A stretch of DNA of 64,000 bases from Octopus sinensis. Its lineage: Eukaryota. Both the position numbers and the translations under genes were made by a program. This document shows positions 12,880 to 26,800 of this stretch, piece after piece; position 1 is the stretch's first letter; every line of letters begins with the position of its first letter. The DNA lies in the NCBI RefSeq assembly GCF_006345805.1, contig NC_042999.1, positions 23,622,001 through 23,686,000 on the forward strand, given 5' to 3'. Below the pieces are notes generated by a model. The model worked only from the letters and a program-made list of their open reading frames with translations. It was not told the origin of the DNA and searched no databases.

Positions 12880-13910
12880 AAAAAGATTATTACTATTATT
12901 GCTACTACTGCTACTACTACTACTACTTTCATTACTATAATTACTATCATTATTATAATGTTTTAGTTATTATTCTCCTTCACCCTAGTGGCAAATAAAA
13001 GAAATTATTATGATTATTATTATTATTATTATTATTATTGAAATCATTATAATTATTATTATTATTTAAATCATAATTATTAATTATTATAATCATAATT
13101 ATTATTGAAATCATTATAATTATCATCATCATTATTATTATCAAAATCATTATAATTATTATTGAAATCATTATAATAATAATAATAATAATAATAATCA
13201 TTATTATTATTGAAATCATAATTATTATTATTATTATATCATTATATTATTATTATTATTGAAATCATTATAATTATTATTATTATTAAATCATAATTAT
13301 TAATTATTATAATCATAATTATTATTGAAATCATTATAATTATCATCATCATTATTATTATCAAAATCATTATAATTATTATTGAAATCATTATAATAAT
13401 AATAATAATAATAATAATAATTATTATTATTGAAATCATAATTATTATTATTATTATAATCATTATAATTATTATTATTATAACCATAATAATAATTATT
13501 ATTATTTTCATTATAATTATCATTATAATTATTATTGAAATCATAATTATTATAATCATTATTATAGTTATTATTATTATTATTATTATAGTTGTTATTA
13601 TCATTATAATTATCATTATTATTATTATCATTATAATGATTATTATTATAATCATTATTATTATTGTTATTAAAATCATTATAATTATTATTATTACAAT
13701 CATTATTCTGATTATTATAATCATTATTATAATTATGATTATTGTTATGGTTATTATTATCATGATTATCATGATTATGATCATCATTATCATTATTAAT
13801 ATTATGCTTATTATCATTATCATTGTTATGATTATCATAATTATTATTATCATGCAGATTATGATTATTACCACAATTATTTGTACCACGCATATATTTA
13901 GCATTTACCC
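12880..13910. repeat. Degenerate (ATT/ATC)n trinucleotide array with an internal duplication of about 240 bp
   Basis: Cryptic simple repeat; source of the spurious poly-Ile and poly-Asn ORFs. Confidence 0.9.
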
Positions 13911-14164
13911 AATTGAATAATATATACATGTTAATAATATGTTTATCTTCAATATTTAGTTTGTTACTAATTTTATTTCTGTCATTATTCTTATTATTAT
14001 TATGTAGCTTACTTGAATAAGATTGCTTGATGTATTTATCTTTTTTCTCTCACTCACAATCAAGTTTCAGCATATTTCATATTCTGTCATTTCTGGGAAT
14101 TTTAATCATATATCTTAAGCACTTATTTGGTTTATGATATGGTTGGTATAGTTCGGTATTTATA

Positions 14165-14850
14165 TCCAGAGTAATATCAAGGAAGTTAACCTTAAGTATA
14201 ATTATTTTCTATCAAGATAGAGAGACTGAGACACGTGAAGAATGTAACCATGAAAAGAGTGTCATCTCTATATAATCCACCCCCTGATTCAGGAAATTCA
14301 CTATGTATAGTGATTAGAATGCAAATGCCCACTAAATCAGTTACTTGAGTAGAGTCACTGGACACCATAATGATGATGAAACAATTTAATCTAAGAGACG
14401 TAAAAAGTTCAGATTTCAAATGATAACGGTTTCCAGTTTTATCTGCAGGGACAAATATTCTTGGTTTAATCCTAAATTCCTTCAAAAATTGTTGCAATTT
14501 TCTTAGATGAGGGTTTCTTCTCAAAGGACATTAGTGGAATTTATTGTTCTTAACAATATTTTAAAGTCCACTCTTGAAATCAGTTAATAGTGGGTTCATA
14601 CAGTGGAATCCGTTTGGGCTGATATAAAGATATGCTTAATACTATTATGATAATAATTAAATCACAATCATTCTTCTTGTCAAAGTAGTATGCACGCTAC
14701 CTCATACGATGAATATGTGAGTTGATCTTATAAATGAGATTTTTCATATATTCTTTTCTAAGTGGTAAAGGTATGTCCTTTTAAGATGTGTCCATAAATA
14801 CTTTCTCCATTTCAAAGATAATCCGCCATAAGCACTCTTAAATGAAGAGA
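14165..14850 (-). mobile_element. Degenerate Penelope-like RT fragment
   Basis: Motifs IPLP.RKEYMKNLIYK..., FVPADKTGNRY and GLYRDD across broken frames. Confidence 0.6.
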
Positions 14851-14854
14851 ATAA

Positions 14855-15242
14855 TCTTTATATATAAAAGTAAGGTTGTGTGTCTGTCTCCTACGATTTA
14901 GATTCCTAACTACTCCCACATTTTGCGGTGCAGTTTAACCAAAACCGGGTATCTTATAGTCGTGATTCATATCGTGCCCTTCTGGGTATTAGCGCGCGTC
15001 TACGATGAGTCTACGATTTAAAAAAAAGATTTACCATCATTTTTCCCATTTTAATTAATTCTTTTCGCTATTATATAAGGGAAGTAACTCTCTAAAAATG
15101 TCTACGATGAGTCAACGATTAAAAAAAATATTTACCATAATTTTTTTCCATTTTTAATGCATTTTTTTGGCTATCACTCTCTAAAAATGCTTATATAGTT
15201 ATTTCCCTTACAAGCCCGAGCAACGCCGGGCGATACTACTAG
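14855..15242 (+). mobile_element. Non-autonomous Helitron
   Basis: A|TCTTTATATATAAAAG...GCCCGAGCAACGCCGGGC hairpin...CTAG|T. Confidence 0.8.
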
Positions 15243-16160
15243 TAGAGTATATGATAATAAGTAAAAATCCAGGCAGATATCAACAAAATAATCGGTGATA
15301 AAACGAATTTAGTTAACTACACCCAACAATCAGTTACTAAAAATACAAGTGGAATAGAGATATCCAAAGTAATTTCTCTATGTATGACGAGTCAATCAAA
15401 ATATCGCTTAGAAGAATTTCAAAAATATTTTTTTCCCTTCCCTAGGGACAAGGCCCGAAATTTTTGGGGAGTGGGGCTAGTCAATTACATCGGCCCCAGT
15501 AAGCAACTGGTACTTACTTAATTTATCGACCTCGAAAGGGTGAAAGGCAAAGTCGATCTCGGCGGAGTTTGAACTCAGAACATTAAGACAGACCAAATAC
15601 TTATTTCTTTATTACCTACCCACAAGGGGCTAAACACAGAAGGGACAAACAAGGACAGACAAACGGATTAGGTCGATTACATCGACCCCAGTGCGTAAAT
15701 GGTACTTATATAATCGACCTCGAAGGCATGAAAGGCAAAGTCGACCTCGGCGGAATTTGAACTCGGAACGTAACGGAAGACGAAATACCTATTTCTTTAC
15801 TGCCCACAAGGGGCTAAACACAGAAGGAACAAACAAGGACAGACAAACGGATTAAGTCGATTACATCGACCCCAGGGCGTAGATGGTACTTATATAATCG
15901 ACCTCGAAGGCATGAAAGGCAAAGTCGACCTCGGCGGAATTTGAACTCAGAACGTAACGGCAGACGAAATACTGCAAAGCATTTCGCCCGGCGTGCTAAC
16001 GTTTCTGCCAGCTCGTCGCCTTAGAATAAAAGAATTATTGAAGTATAAAATAACAAGAATAAGAATGGAGAAAATGACATTTTTAATTGGTAAATATATA
16101 CACATATCTATACACATTATACAGATTTAATATCCACACGTATTTATAACAACATACACG

Positions 16161-16192
<32 letters not shown>

Positions 16193-16350
16193 CATACAAT
16201 ATATACACGTAGTCTACATACATATTTGCATATGTATGTTTGTATGTATGTATGTATGTAAAAAAAGCTATATTTTTTTTTATAGTATATGTTTTCTATA
16301 TGGTTTGAATAATATCTTTCTTTATTGAATTGTTTAATAGTGGTTTTCTC

Positions 16351-16413
<63 letters not shown>

Positions 16414-16719
16414 AATATATGTATATGTATATATGTATATATATACATATACGGTATAAGTACACGCATGGCTTTGTTTACATTTCTGAAGATAACAGAA
16501 ACCCTTTTCTCCCCCCCCTAAACCTACCCCCCCCTATATAAAAAACACTTTCTTGAAATGTATCCGGTAGTTATACCGAAGTTACGCCACTTAAACATAT
16601 ATACGACAGGCTTCCTTCAGTTTCCGTCCACCAAATCCACTCACAAGGCTTTGGTCGGCTCGAGGCTATCGTAGAAGACACTTGCTCAAGGTGCCACGCA
16701 CGCACTTACTCTTTACTCT

Positions 16720-17085
16720 TTTACTTGTTTCAGTCATTTGACTGCGGCCATGCTGGAGCACCGCCTTTAGTCGAGCAAATCGACCCAAGACTTATTCTTT
16801 GTAAGCCCAGTACTTATTCTATCGGTCTCTTTTGCCGAACCGCTAAGTGACGGGAACAACCAGTATCGGTTGTCAAGCAATGTTAGGGGGACAAACACAG
16901 ACACACACACTTATATATATATACATATATACGACAGGCTTCTTTCGGTTTCCGTCTACCAAATCCACTCACAAGGCATTGGTCGGCCCGGGGCTATAGC
17001 AGAAGACACTTGCCCAAGATGCCACGCAGTGGGACTGAACCCGGAACCATGTGGTTGGTTAGCAAGCTACTTACCACACAGCCGT
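16720..17085 (-). mobile_element. SINE family B (tRNA-like head, central microsatellite)
   Basis: GGCTGTGTGGTAAGTAGCTTG...GGTTCAGTCCCACTGCG head and GAAACAAGTAAAAGAGT tail. Other copies at about 6780-7140, 9055-9880, 23875-25390, 29815-30350, 60865-61270, 63715-64000, with decayed copies in the EGF introns. Confidence 0.75.
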
Positions 17086-17501
17086 AGAAAATTTCTTTAA
17101 AAAATATCCATTTTTCTGAATGGAACAAAAATCTAGGTGTGGGTATACTCGTGTAGGGTATTCTTTGCCCCCACAAATTTGTGCTCTTGTTATATTTTTT
17201 TTACTCGCACATAACTGTCTGTCAATTAATTTTAGGTTAATCTTGTTTATGTTCAGCGCAAAATATACCTATCTTTATATCTCAAAACAGTCCGCATTGT
17301 TAAAAGTGTTTTATGAATAAACTCCACCCACTTGTGGGATGGGCTTTGGGGCTTTGTAACAAAACAGATTGTAAAGCAAGATCGACCTTTCAATCTCTCC
17401 TCTCCCTCTCAGACACACACCTCACAAACTACGCGTGAGCTCTCATCCTCAGAAAGAAAATACGTTGGATTTATTAAAAGTCTATGAAATAAAAATTTCT
17501 T

Positions 17502-17924
17502 TGCGATCTTTCGTCTCTAGTAGATCTTTCCGTCGATTTCCGTAAAAATTTTTTTTTTTTTTACATATGGGCTTGCGGGAACTTTTGAAGTAATATACAT
17601 ACATATACACATACACCGAGTAAAAAATTTCAGTTATCTCTTCTTTCACACATTACTCTGTCTCTTCGCACACACTAACAGAAGCACTTCACTTACACAA
17701 CATACTGTCTGTCTCCCACACCCCATCAAACACACACACACACACATATACATCAATGCTTGCCATGCACGGTAACTTCAAAAGAACTTCCTTCGTCATA
17801 CAATCGCTTTCTCTTAGTCTCTTTCGCTCTCATTACTTCAAAAGTTCCCGCAAGCCCATATGTAAAAAAAAAAAAATTTTTTACGGAAATCGACGGAAAG
17901 GTCTACTAGAGACGAAAGATTGCC
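17502..17924. mobile_element. MITE copy 1 (Merlin-type), 8-bp TSD AATTTCTT
   Basis: TIRs of about 100 bp ([t]GCGATCTTTCGTCTCTAGTAG.../...CTACTAGAGACGAAAGATTGCC). AATTTCTT at 17494-17501 and 17925-17932. Confidence 0.85.
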
Positions 17925-18201
17925 AATTTCTTTTTAAATTCGTATTAAATTTCGCAGCCACAAAATTTGTATTAGACCTTTGCTAGAAACAGCAGCCAAA
18001 TCTTCAAATAAATTTCTAGTTACATACATTCAAGCTATGCAATTTGTACGGTGTGACCTGGCAGAACCATTATATATATAGCATGCCGGACAAAATGCTT
18101 AGCAGCATTTCGTCCGTTTTTACTACTTATCTCCCCCTTAATTTTTATTTACTTTTTAAATCAAGCCAAATTACCCTGCATCTATTTCAGCTTATCAAAC
18201 A

Positions 18202-18466
18202 CTAGAAGAAATACCCGGCGTTGCTCGGGATTAAAATGGTATGGTCTTTCATAGTTTTAATGTCACGAATTTGATAGATATTTTATTGAAATTATTGAAG
18301 AGATATTTTATTGAAATTATTGATCAATTTCACTTCCATATATAACATCCTACAAGAAATATGACATTAAGAACTTATATTGTGAACTCTGAAAGGGTTC
18401 GGTTCGCATGCAATTAAACCTATTTATCAATATTTCCCGTGGAACTGCAATCGGAAAACTACATCA
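18202..18466 (-). mobile_element. Partial Helitron 3' end
   Basis: CTAG plus CCCGGCGTTGCTCGGG hairpin as in the other Helitrons; 5' end not found. Confidence 0.45.
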
Positions 18467-18475
18467 TTATTATGC

Positions 18476-18878
18476 GGCAATCTTTCGTCTCTAGTAGACC
18501 TTTACGTCGATTTCCGTAAAAAAAATTTTTTTTTTTTACATATGGGCTTGCGGGAACTTTTGAAGTAATGAGAGCGAAAGAGACTAAGAGAAAGCGATTG
18601 TATGACGAGGGAAGTTCTTTTGAAGTTACCGTGCATGGGAGCATTGATGTACATGTGTGTGTGTGTGTGTGTTTGATGGGGTGTGGGAGACAGACAGTAT
18701 GTTGTGTAAGTGAAGTGCTTCTGTTAGTGTGTGTGAAGAGACAGAGAGTAATGTGTGAAAGAAAGAGATAACTGAAATTTTTTACTCGGTGTATGTGTAT
18801 ATGTATGTATATTACTTCAAAAGTTCCCGCAAGCCCATATGTAAAAAAAAAAAAATTTTTTACAGAAATCGATGCGCC
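18476..18878. mobile_element. MITE copy 2 (Merlin-type), 9-bp TSD TTATTATGC
   Basis: Starts GGCAATCTTTCG and ends GCGCC, with a deletion in the right TIR. TTATTATGC at 18467-18475 and 18879-18887. Confidence 0.8.
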
Positions 18879-19993
18879 TTATTATGCTAATGTTTTTAAG
18901 GCGGCGAGCTGGTAGAAACGTTAGCACGCCGGGCGAAATGCGTAGCCGTATTTCGTCTGAGTTCAAATTCCGCCGAGGTCGGCTTTCGGGGTCGATTAAA
19001 TAAGTACCAGTTACGCACTGGGGTCGATATAATCGACTTAATCCGTTTGTCTGTCCTTGTTTGTCCCCTTTATGTTTAGCCCCTTGTGGGGAGTAAAGAA
19101 ATAGGTATATCGTCCATCTTTACGTTCCGAGTTCAAATTCCGCCGAGGTCAACTTTGTCCTTTCATACGTTCAGGTTCGATAATTTAAGTACCAGTTGCA
19201 TACTGGGGTAGATCTAATCGACTGCTTCCCCTCCCCCCAAATTTCGGGCCTTGTGCCTGGAGTAGAAAAGAATATTATTGAAGACGGCGTGCTGGCAGAA
19301 TCGTTAGCACGCTGGGCGAAATGCTTAGTGGTATTTCGTTTGCTGCTACGTTCTGAGTTCAAATTCCGCCGAGGTCGACTTTACCTTTCATCCTTTCGGG
19401 GTCGATTAAATAAGTACCAGTTACGCACTGGGGTCGATATAATCGACTTAATCCGTCTGTCTGTCCTTGTTTGTCCCCTCTATGTTTAGCCCCTTGTGGG
19501 TAGTAAAGAAATAGGTATTTCGTCTATCTTTACATTCTGAGTTCAAATTCCGCCGAGGTCGACTTTGTCCTTCACTCTTTCCGTCAATAAAATAAGTACC
19601 AGTTGCATACTGGCGTCGATGTTAATCGACTTACTCCCTCTGCCGAATTTGCTGGTCTTGTGCCAAAATATGAAACCGCTATAATTAAAAATGTTTGGCG
19701 GCATTTCGTCCGTTGTTATGTTCCCAGTTCAAATTCCATGGAGGCCAACTTCGCGTTTTTCATCCTTTCAGGTTTAATAAAATATGAATGCCATTTGCGC
19801 AATGAGGTCGATGTAACGGACTAGCAACATTCCCAAAATTTCAGGCCTTGAGCATTTAGTAGAAATGATTTGTTAAATGTAATGGTTACTTGTAGTAACC
19901 CGTTATTAGAAACAAAAAAATTATTACAAAATTAAATTCATTAATCGGTGTGGTTCTTAAAATGTGTGGTTCTTGCGTGAGACAAGCAAGTCC

Positions 19994-20424
19994 GGCAATC
20001 TTTCGTCTCTAGTAGACCTTTACGTCGATTTCCGTAAAATTTTTTTTTTTTTTTTTTACATATGGGCTTGCGGGAACTTTTGAAGTAATGAGAGCGAAAG
20101 AGACTAAGAGAAAGCGATTGTATGACGAGGGAAGTTCTTTTGAAGTTACCGTGCATGGGAGCATTGATGTACATGTGTGTGTGTGTTTGTGTGTGTTTGA
20201 TGGGGTGTGGGAGACAGACAGTATGTTGTGTAAGTGAAGTGCTTCTGTTAGTATGTGTGAAGAGACAGAGTAATGTGTGAAAGAAAGAGATAACTGAAAT
20301 TTTTTACTAGGTGTATGTGTATATGTATGTATATTACTTCAAAAGTTCCCGCAAGCCCATATGTAAAAAAAAAAATTTTTTTACGGAAATCGACGGAAAA
20401 GTCTACTAGAGACGAAAGATCGCC
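19994..20424. mobile_element. MITE copy 3 (Merlin-type), 8-bp TSD GCAAGTCC
   Basis: GGCAATCTTTCG...CGAAAGATCGCC. GCAAGTCC at 19986-19993 and 20425-20432. Confidence 0.9.
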
Positions 20425-21269
20425 GCAAGTCCTCATGATTTCAAAATCACTTCATCTATTATACAGATGGTGCGCAACCCATACAGGTGCATAAGCTTCA
20501 AAACAAAGACGCGGTGTGACCTTTAATTGAAGAATCTTTTCTACTCTGGGTACAAGGTTCAAAATGTTTAGGGAGAGGGCCAGTCGATTACATTAACCCC
20601 AGTAAGCAACAGGTACTTAATTTATCGACCCCAAAAAGATGAAAGGTAAAGTCGACCTTGGCAGAATTTGAACGCTATTTTTTACTACCCACAAGGGGCT
20701 AAACATAGAGGGGACAAACCAGGACAGACAAACGGATTAAGTCGATTATATCGACCCCAGTGCGTAACTGGTACTTAATTTATCGACCCCGAAAGGATGA
20801 AAGGTAAAGTCGACCTTGGCGGAATTTGAACTCAGAGCGAAAAGACAGACGAAATACCTATTTCTTTACTACCCACAAGGAGCTAAACATAGAGGGGACA
20901 AACAAGGACAGACAAACGGATTAAGTCGATTATATCGACCCCAGTGCGTAACTGGTACTTAATTTATCGACCCCGAAAGGATGAAAGGCGAAGTCGATCT
21001 CGGCGGAACTTGAACTCAGAACGTAAAGACGGACGAAAAACCGCTATGCATTTCGCCCGGCATGCTAACGTTTCTGCCAGCTCGCCGCCTTACCTTTGAG
21101 TGAAGACTGGAGAAGTTCGACTCGAGGTAATAATAGCCTGCATAAAAGAACTGAATTATTAACACTTTGAATGCACGTGGCTAAATTATCTTTAATGAGA
21201 GATAAAAGCTTCCTTGAAATTCGTTCTGGTTCAGAAAAAAAATGGTTTCGAAAGATTTTTTGATACGTT

Positions 21270-21271
21270 TT

Positions 21272-21318
<47 letters not shown>

Positions 21319-23340
21319 ATGTGCACACACACACACATATACACATTATATATATATATTACACATATATATACACATATATATACACATATATATATAT
21401 ACACATATATATATACACACATATATATATATACACACACACATATATATATATATACACACACATATATATACATACACACACATATATATATATACAC
21501 ACACATATATATATAACACACACATATATTATATACACACACATATACACATATATATATATACACACACATATATATATATACATATACATACACATAT
21601 ACATATACACACATATATATATATATATACACACACATATATATATATATATACACACACATATATATATATATATACAAATAACACATATATATATATA
21701 ACACACACATATATACACACACATATATATATATACACACACATATATATATATACACACACATATATATATATACACACACATATATATATACATATAT
21801 TATATAATTAGGGCTCAGTAAAAAAATTTACTTTGCCACATACTGAAATTTTTAGAAATAGCAGCCAAAAATTTCAGTATGTGGCAAAGTAAATTATTTT
21901 ACTGAGCCCAAATTATATAACGTAATATTTTGAATGCGCCTTGAATGGTCCTTTTACATACTGAAACACTACTTGTGAAATTAATTAATAACTAATTAAT
22001 TTTACCCTTAATTATTGATATATATATATATACATATACATATATATAGACATATACATATATATATACACATATACATATATATATATACACATATACA
22101 TATATATATATACACATATACATATATATATATACACATATACATATACATATATATATATACACATATACATATATATATATACACATATACATATACA
22201 TATATATATATACACATATACATATACATAGATATATATATACACATATACATATACATATATATATATACACACATATACATATACATATATATATATA
22301 CACATATACATATCATATATATATATACACATATACATATATATATATATACACATATACATATATATATATATACACATATACATATATATATATACAC
22401 ATATACATATATATATATATACACATATACATATAATATATATATATACACATATACATATACATATATATATATATATACACATATACATATACATATA
22501 TATATATACACATATACATATATATATATACACTATATATATATACACATATACATATACATATATATATACACAATACATATACATATATCTATATACA
22601 CATATACATATACAATATATATATATACACATATACATATACATTTATATATATACACATATACATATACATATATATATATACACATATACATATATAT
22701 ATATACACACATATACATATATATATACACATATACATATACATATATACACATATACATATATATATATATATACACATATACATATACATATATATAT
22801 ATATACACATATACATATACATATATATATATACACATATACATATACATATATATATATACACATATACATATATATATATATATACACATATACATAT
22901 ATATATATACACATATACATATATATATATATACACATATACATATATATATATACACATATACATATATATATATACACATATATTTATATATATATAT
23001 ACACACATATACATATACATATATATACACATATACATATACATACACATATACACATACATATATATATACACATATACATATACATACACATATACAC
23101 ATACATATATATATACACATATACATATATATATAATACACATATACATATATACACACATATACATATATATATATACACATATACATATATACACAGA
23201 TATACATATATATATATACACATATATATATATATATTCACTCACATATATATGCATATATATATGACACACATACACATATATAGATACACTTACATAT
23301 ATATACATATATGCATGCACACACACACACACACATATAT
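21270..23340. repeat. Compound (TA/CA)n microsatellite arrays (21270-21800 and 22015-23340)
   Basis: Higher-order units such as CACATATACATATATATATATA. Confidence 0.95.
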
Positions 23341-24085
23341 AAATATGTGTGTGTGTAATTTTGGCTCGTGTCCGTCGAGTGTATATAACAATTGGAAGAA
23401 AGACAAAATGGAATTCACGAAGATTATTTAATCATCGTAGTAGTGACGGATAGCAGTGTGAAGGCACATGGCTCAGTGGTTAGGAGCGTCGAACTTACGA
23501 TCGTGAGGACGAGAGTTCGATTCCCTCGAAAACTTTTTCACTATATATTAGATTCCAATACAATTTGGAATCTAACATATGTAGGTGCATGGATATGCAC
23601 ACACATATATAATGAGAGACTTCTATATACTTGTATTATTATTATTATTATTCTCCATGGTAACCACAGTTATGATTTTAAGTTTTCGACATGTTTCCTT
23701 CTTTAGTCCAGCAAAAAAATCCATGCTCTTTCCCTTCTGCGGCAGGTAGAATTTCCGATGAGCCAAGATTCCACAAAGGGTTTATACATTCCATACCTCG
23801 TCTACCATACATGCACAAGAATTGGGTAAATCTAAAAAAATTTACCCAAGTATGTCCCCCACTCTCTTTCTCTTTTTCTCTCTCTTTTACTTGTTTCAGT
23901 CATTTGACTGCGGCCATGCTGGAGCACCGCCTTTAATCGAGCAAATCGACCCCGGGACTTATTCTTTTGTAAGCGCAGTACTTATTCTATCGGTCTCTTT
24001 TGCCGAACCGCTAAGTAACGGGGACATAAACAAACCAGCATCGGTTGTCAAGCAATGCTAGGGGGGACAAACACACACACGCATA

Positions 24086-25218
24086 TAGTTAGTTAGTTAG
24101 TTAATTTGGCTCAAAAGCAAATAGCAAGGCCATGTAGGGGGACATGGAGTTAAGTACAGGGTGGTGTTCATGTAAAGAGTTCAGGCCACTTGAGGTCCAG
24201 GGAAGCTTTGAACAAAGCGGTCGTTGGCATCTTCACCATCTCATCAGGCAGCTTGTTCCACGGATCCTCAACCCGGACGGAGAAAGCTCCTCTCCTTCGA
24301 TTGAGATGAAATCGTCGCAGGTAGAGCTTTTCGGAATGACCCCGCAGCCGACGCTCCGGAGCAGGAGTGAAGAACAGCTCTTTCGAGAGGTTACACTTCC
24401 CGCTTATGATGTTGTGGGCGAGAATGAGATCACCACGGCGGCGGCGTTTTTCAAGAGAATAAAGGTCGAGCGTCCTCAGCCTTTCTTCGTAGGACAAATT
24501 TTTGAGACCATGAACCAGGCGGGTAGCCAGCCTCTGGACTCTTTCGAGGTGCTGTATGTCTTTGAGGAGATAAGGAGAAGAGGCTTGAATCCCATACTCC
24601 AATATGGGTCTCACCAGCGTGACATAGAGTGGCAGGAATATGGCTGCTGTGAGCACTCCGAATGACCGTCGAATCAAAAACAGAATTCCGCGCGCTTTGT
24701 TGGCAGCATGGACGCACTGGGCCGAAGGCGAAAAGGAGGAATCCACCAAGATACCCAGGTCCTTTACCTGATCGGTCCTCTCCAGCAGCAGACGACCCGG
24801 CTCGAAATCAAGTTGAGTTGCAGGAGTAGAGCCGACAGGCAGATGACAGCACTTTGACACGTTCAGACACAGGTCCCAATCGTTAGACCACTTCCAATTT
24901 GGTGGAGGCATCGACGAAGATCCTCTATACTACCGCGAGGAGCGACCAGTTTGATATCGTCGGCAAATAGAAGGGTGTGTTGCGTGAGGTCGTCGGGCAA
25001 GTCATTTATGAAGACTAAGAACAACAAGGGCCCAAGCACTGAACTTGAGGCACGCCACTGCTCGCACTGGAGACGTCGGACCGCGAACCATTAACTTGAA
25101 CTTGGAAGGAGCGATCTGAGAGGAAGGCACCAACCCATCGTACAATATCCGGATGGAAACTATATGCTTGAAGCTTGACAAGTAGTAGGCGGTGGTTTAC
25201 CGAGTCAAAAGCTTTGAT
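24086..25218 (-). mobile_element. 5'-truncated CR1/L2-group LINE (RT C-terminal half) nested in a SINE
   Basis: KAFDSVNHRLL, FADD, LVRPILEY, LYSLEKRRRRGDL, (CTAA)n tail. SINE halves lie at 23875-24080 and 25220-25390. Confidence 0.88.
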
Positions 25219-25719
25219 ATATATATACATATATACGACGGGCTTCTTTCAGTTTTCGTCTACCAAATCCACTCACAAGGCTTTGGTCGGCTCGAGGCTA
25301 TAGTAGAAGACACTTGCCCAAGGTGCCACGCAGTGGGACTGAACCCAGAACCATGTGGTTCGTAAGCAAGCTACTTACCACACAGCCACTATGTCGGAAT
25401 TTGTTGTGAAAATAAATTTTTCATGGGTCCCGAGAGAAGTCTTGGAAAATCCACACTTATCGCTTAGTTTTCTCAAAACTTGTAGAAGAATGGGTATTTT
25501 TCTCATGAAATTTTTCTACAACTAACTTCCAGAGTGTATATAGTTTACGATTATATTGGAATTTTATGAGGAAAAAATAACTGTTAGGCGTACACACATA
25601 TATAATGATACACATCATAAATATAATCGGAATCTTATACCATAACACCTGAAGCGTATTTGCAGAAAATTTCATTTAAAAATATCCATTTTTCTGGAAG
25701 TTTTGATGAAGCATGTGTA

Positions 25720-26094
25720 TACATATACATATATATATATACATACATATACATATATATACATACCTATACAGATATATATATATACATACCTATACAT
25801 ATATATTACATATACATACCTATACATATATATACATATACATACCTATACATATATATACATATACATACCTATACATATATATACATATACATACCTA
25901 TACATATACATACATATTACATATATATATATACATATATACATATATACATACATATACACATTACATATATATATATACATATATACATATACACATA
26001 CATATATACATACATATACATATATATACATACATATATAATATTACAATACATATATATACATACTATATATATATATAATACACATACATAC

Positions 26095-26128
<34 letters not shown>

Positions 26129-26158
26129 ACATATATTATACATACATATTATACATAC

Positions 26159-26207
<49 letters not shown>

Positions 26208-26800
26208 CATATATATATACATACATATACATACATATATATATACATACATATACATACATATATATATACATACATATACATACATATATATATATAC
26301 ATACATATACATACATATATATATATACATACATATACATAGATATATATATACATACATATACATAGATATATATATACATACATATACATATATATAT
26401 ACATACATATATACATACATATATACATATATATACATACATATACATATATATACATACATATACATACATATACATACATATATATATACATACATAT
26501 ACATATATATATATATACATACATATACATATATATATACATACATATACATATATATATATATACATACATATACATACATATATACATACATATACAT
26601 ACATATATATATACATACACATATATATATACATACATATATACATATATATATACATACATACATATATACATACATACATATATACATACATACATAT
26701 ATACATACATACATATACATATACATATACATACATATATACATACATACATATACATATACATATACATACATATACATATACATACATATACATACAT
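25720..26800. repeat. Compound (TACA/TA)n microsatellite array
   Basis: Direct reading. Confidence 0.95.

Noticed and set aside
12980-13929. Poly-Ile and Asn/Asp/Tyr-rich ORFs on the Osr strand
   Set aside because: Products of a degenerate (ATT)n array. No convincing splice sites linking them to the gene.
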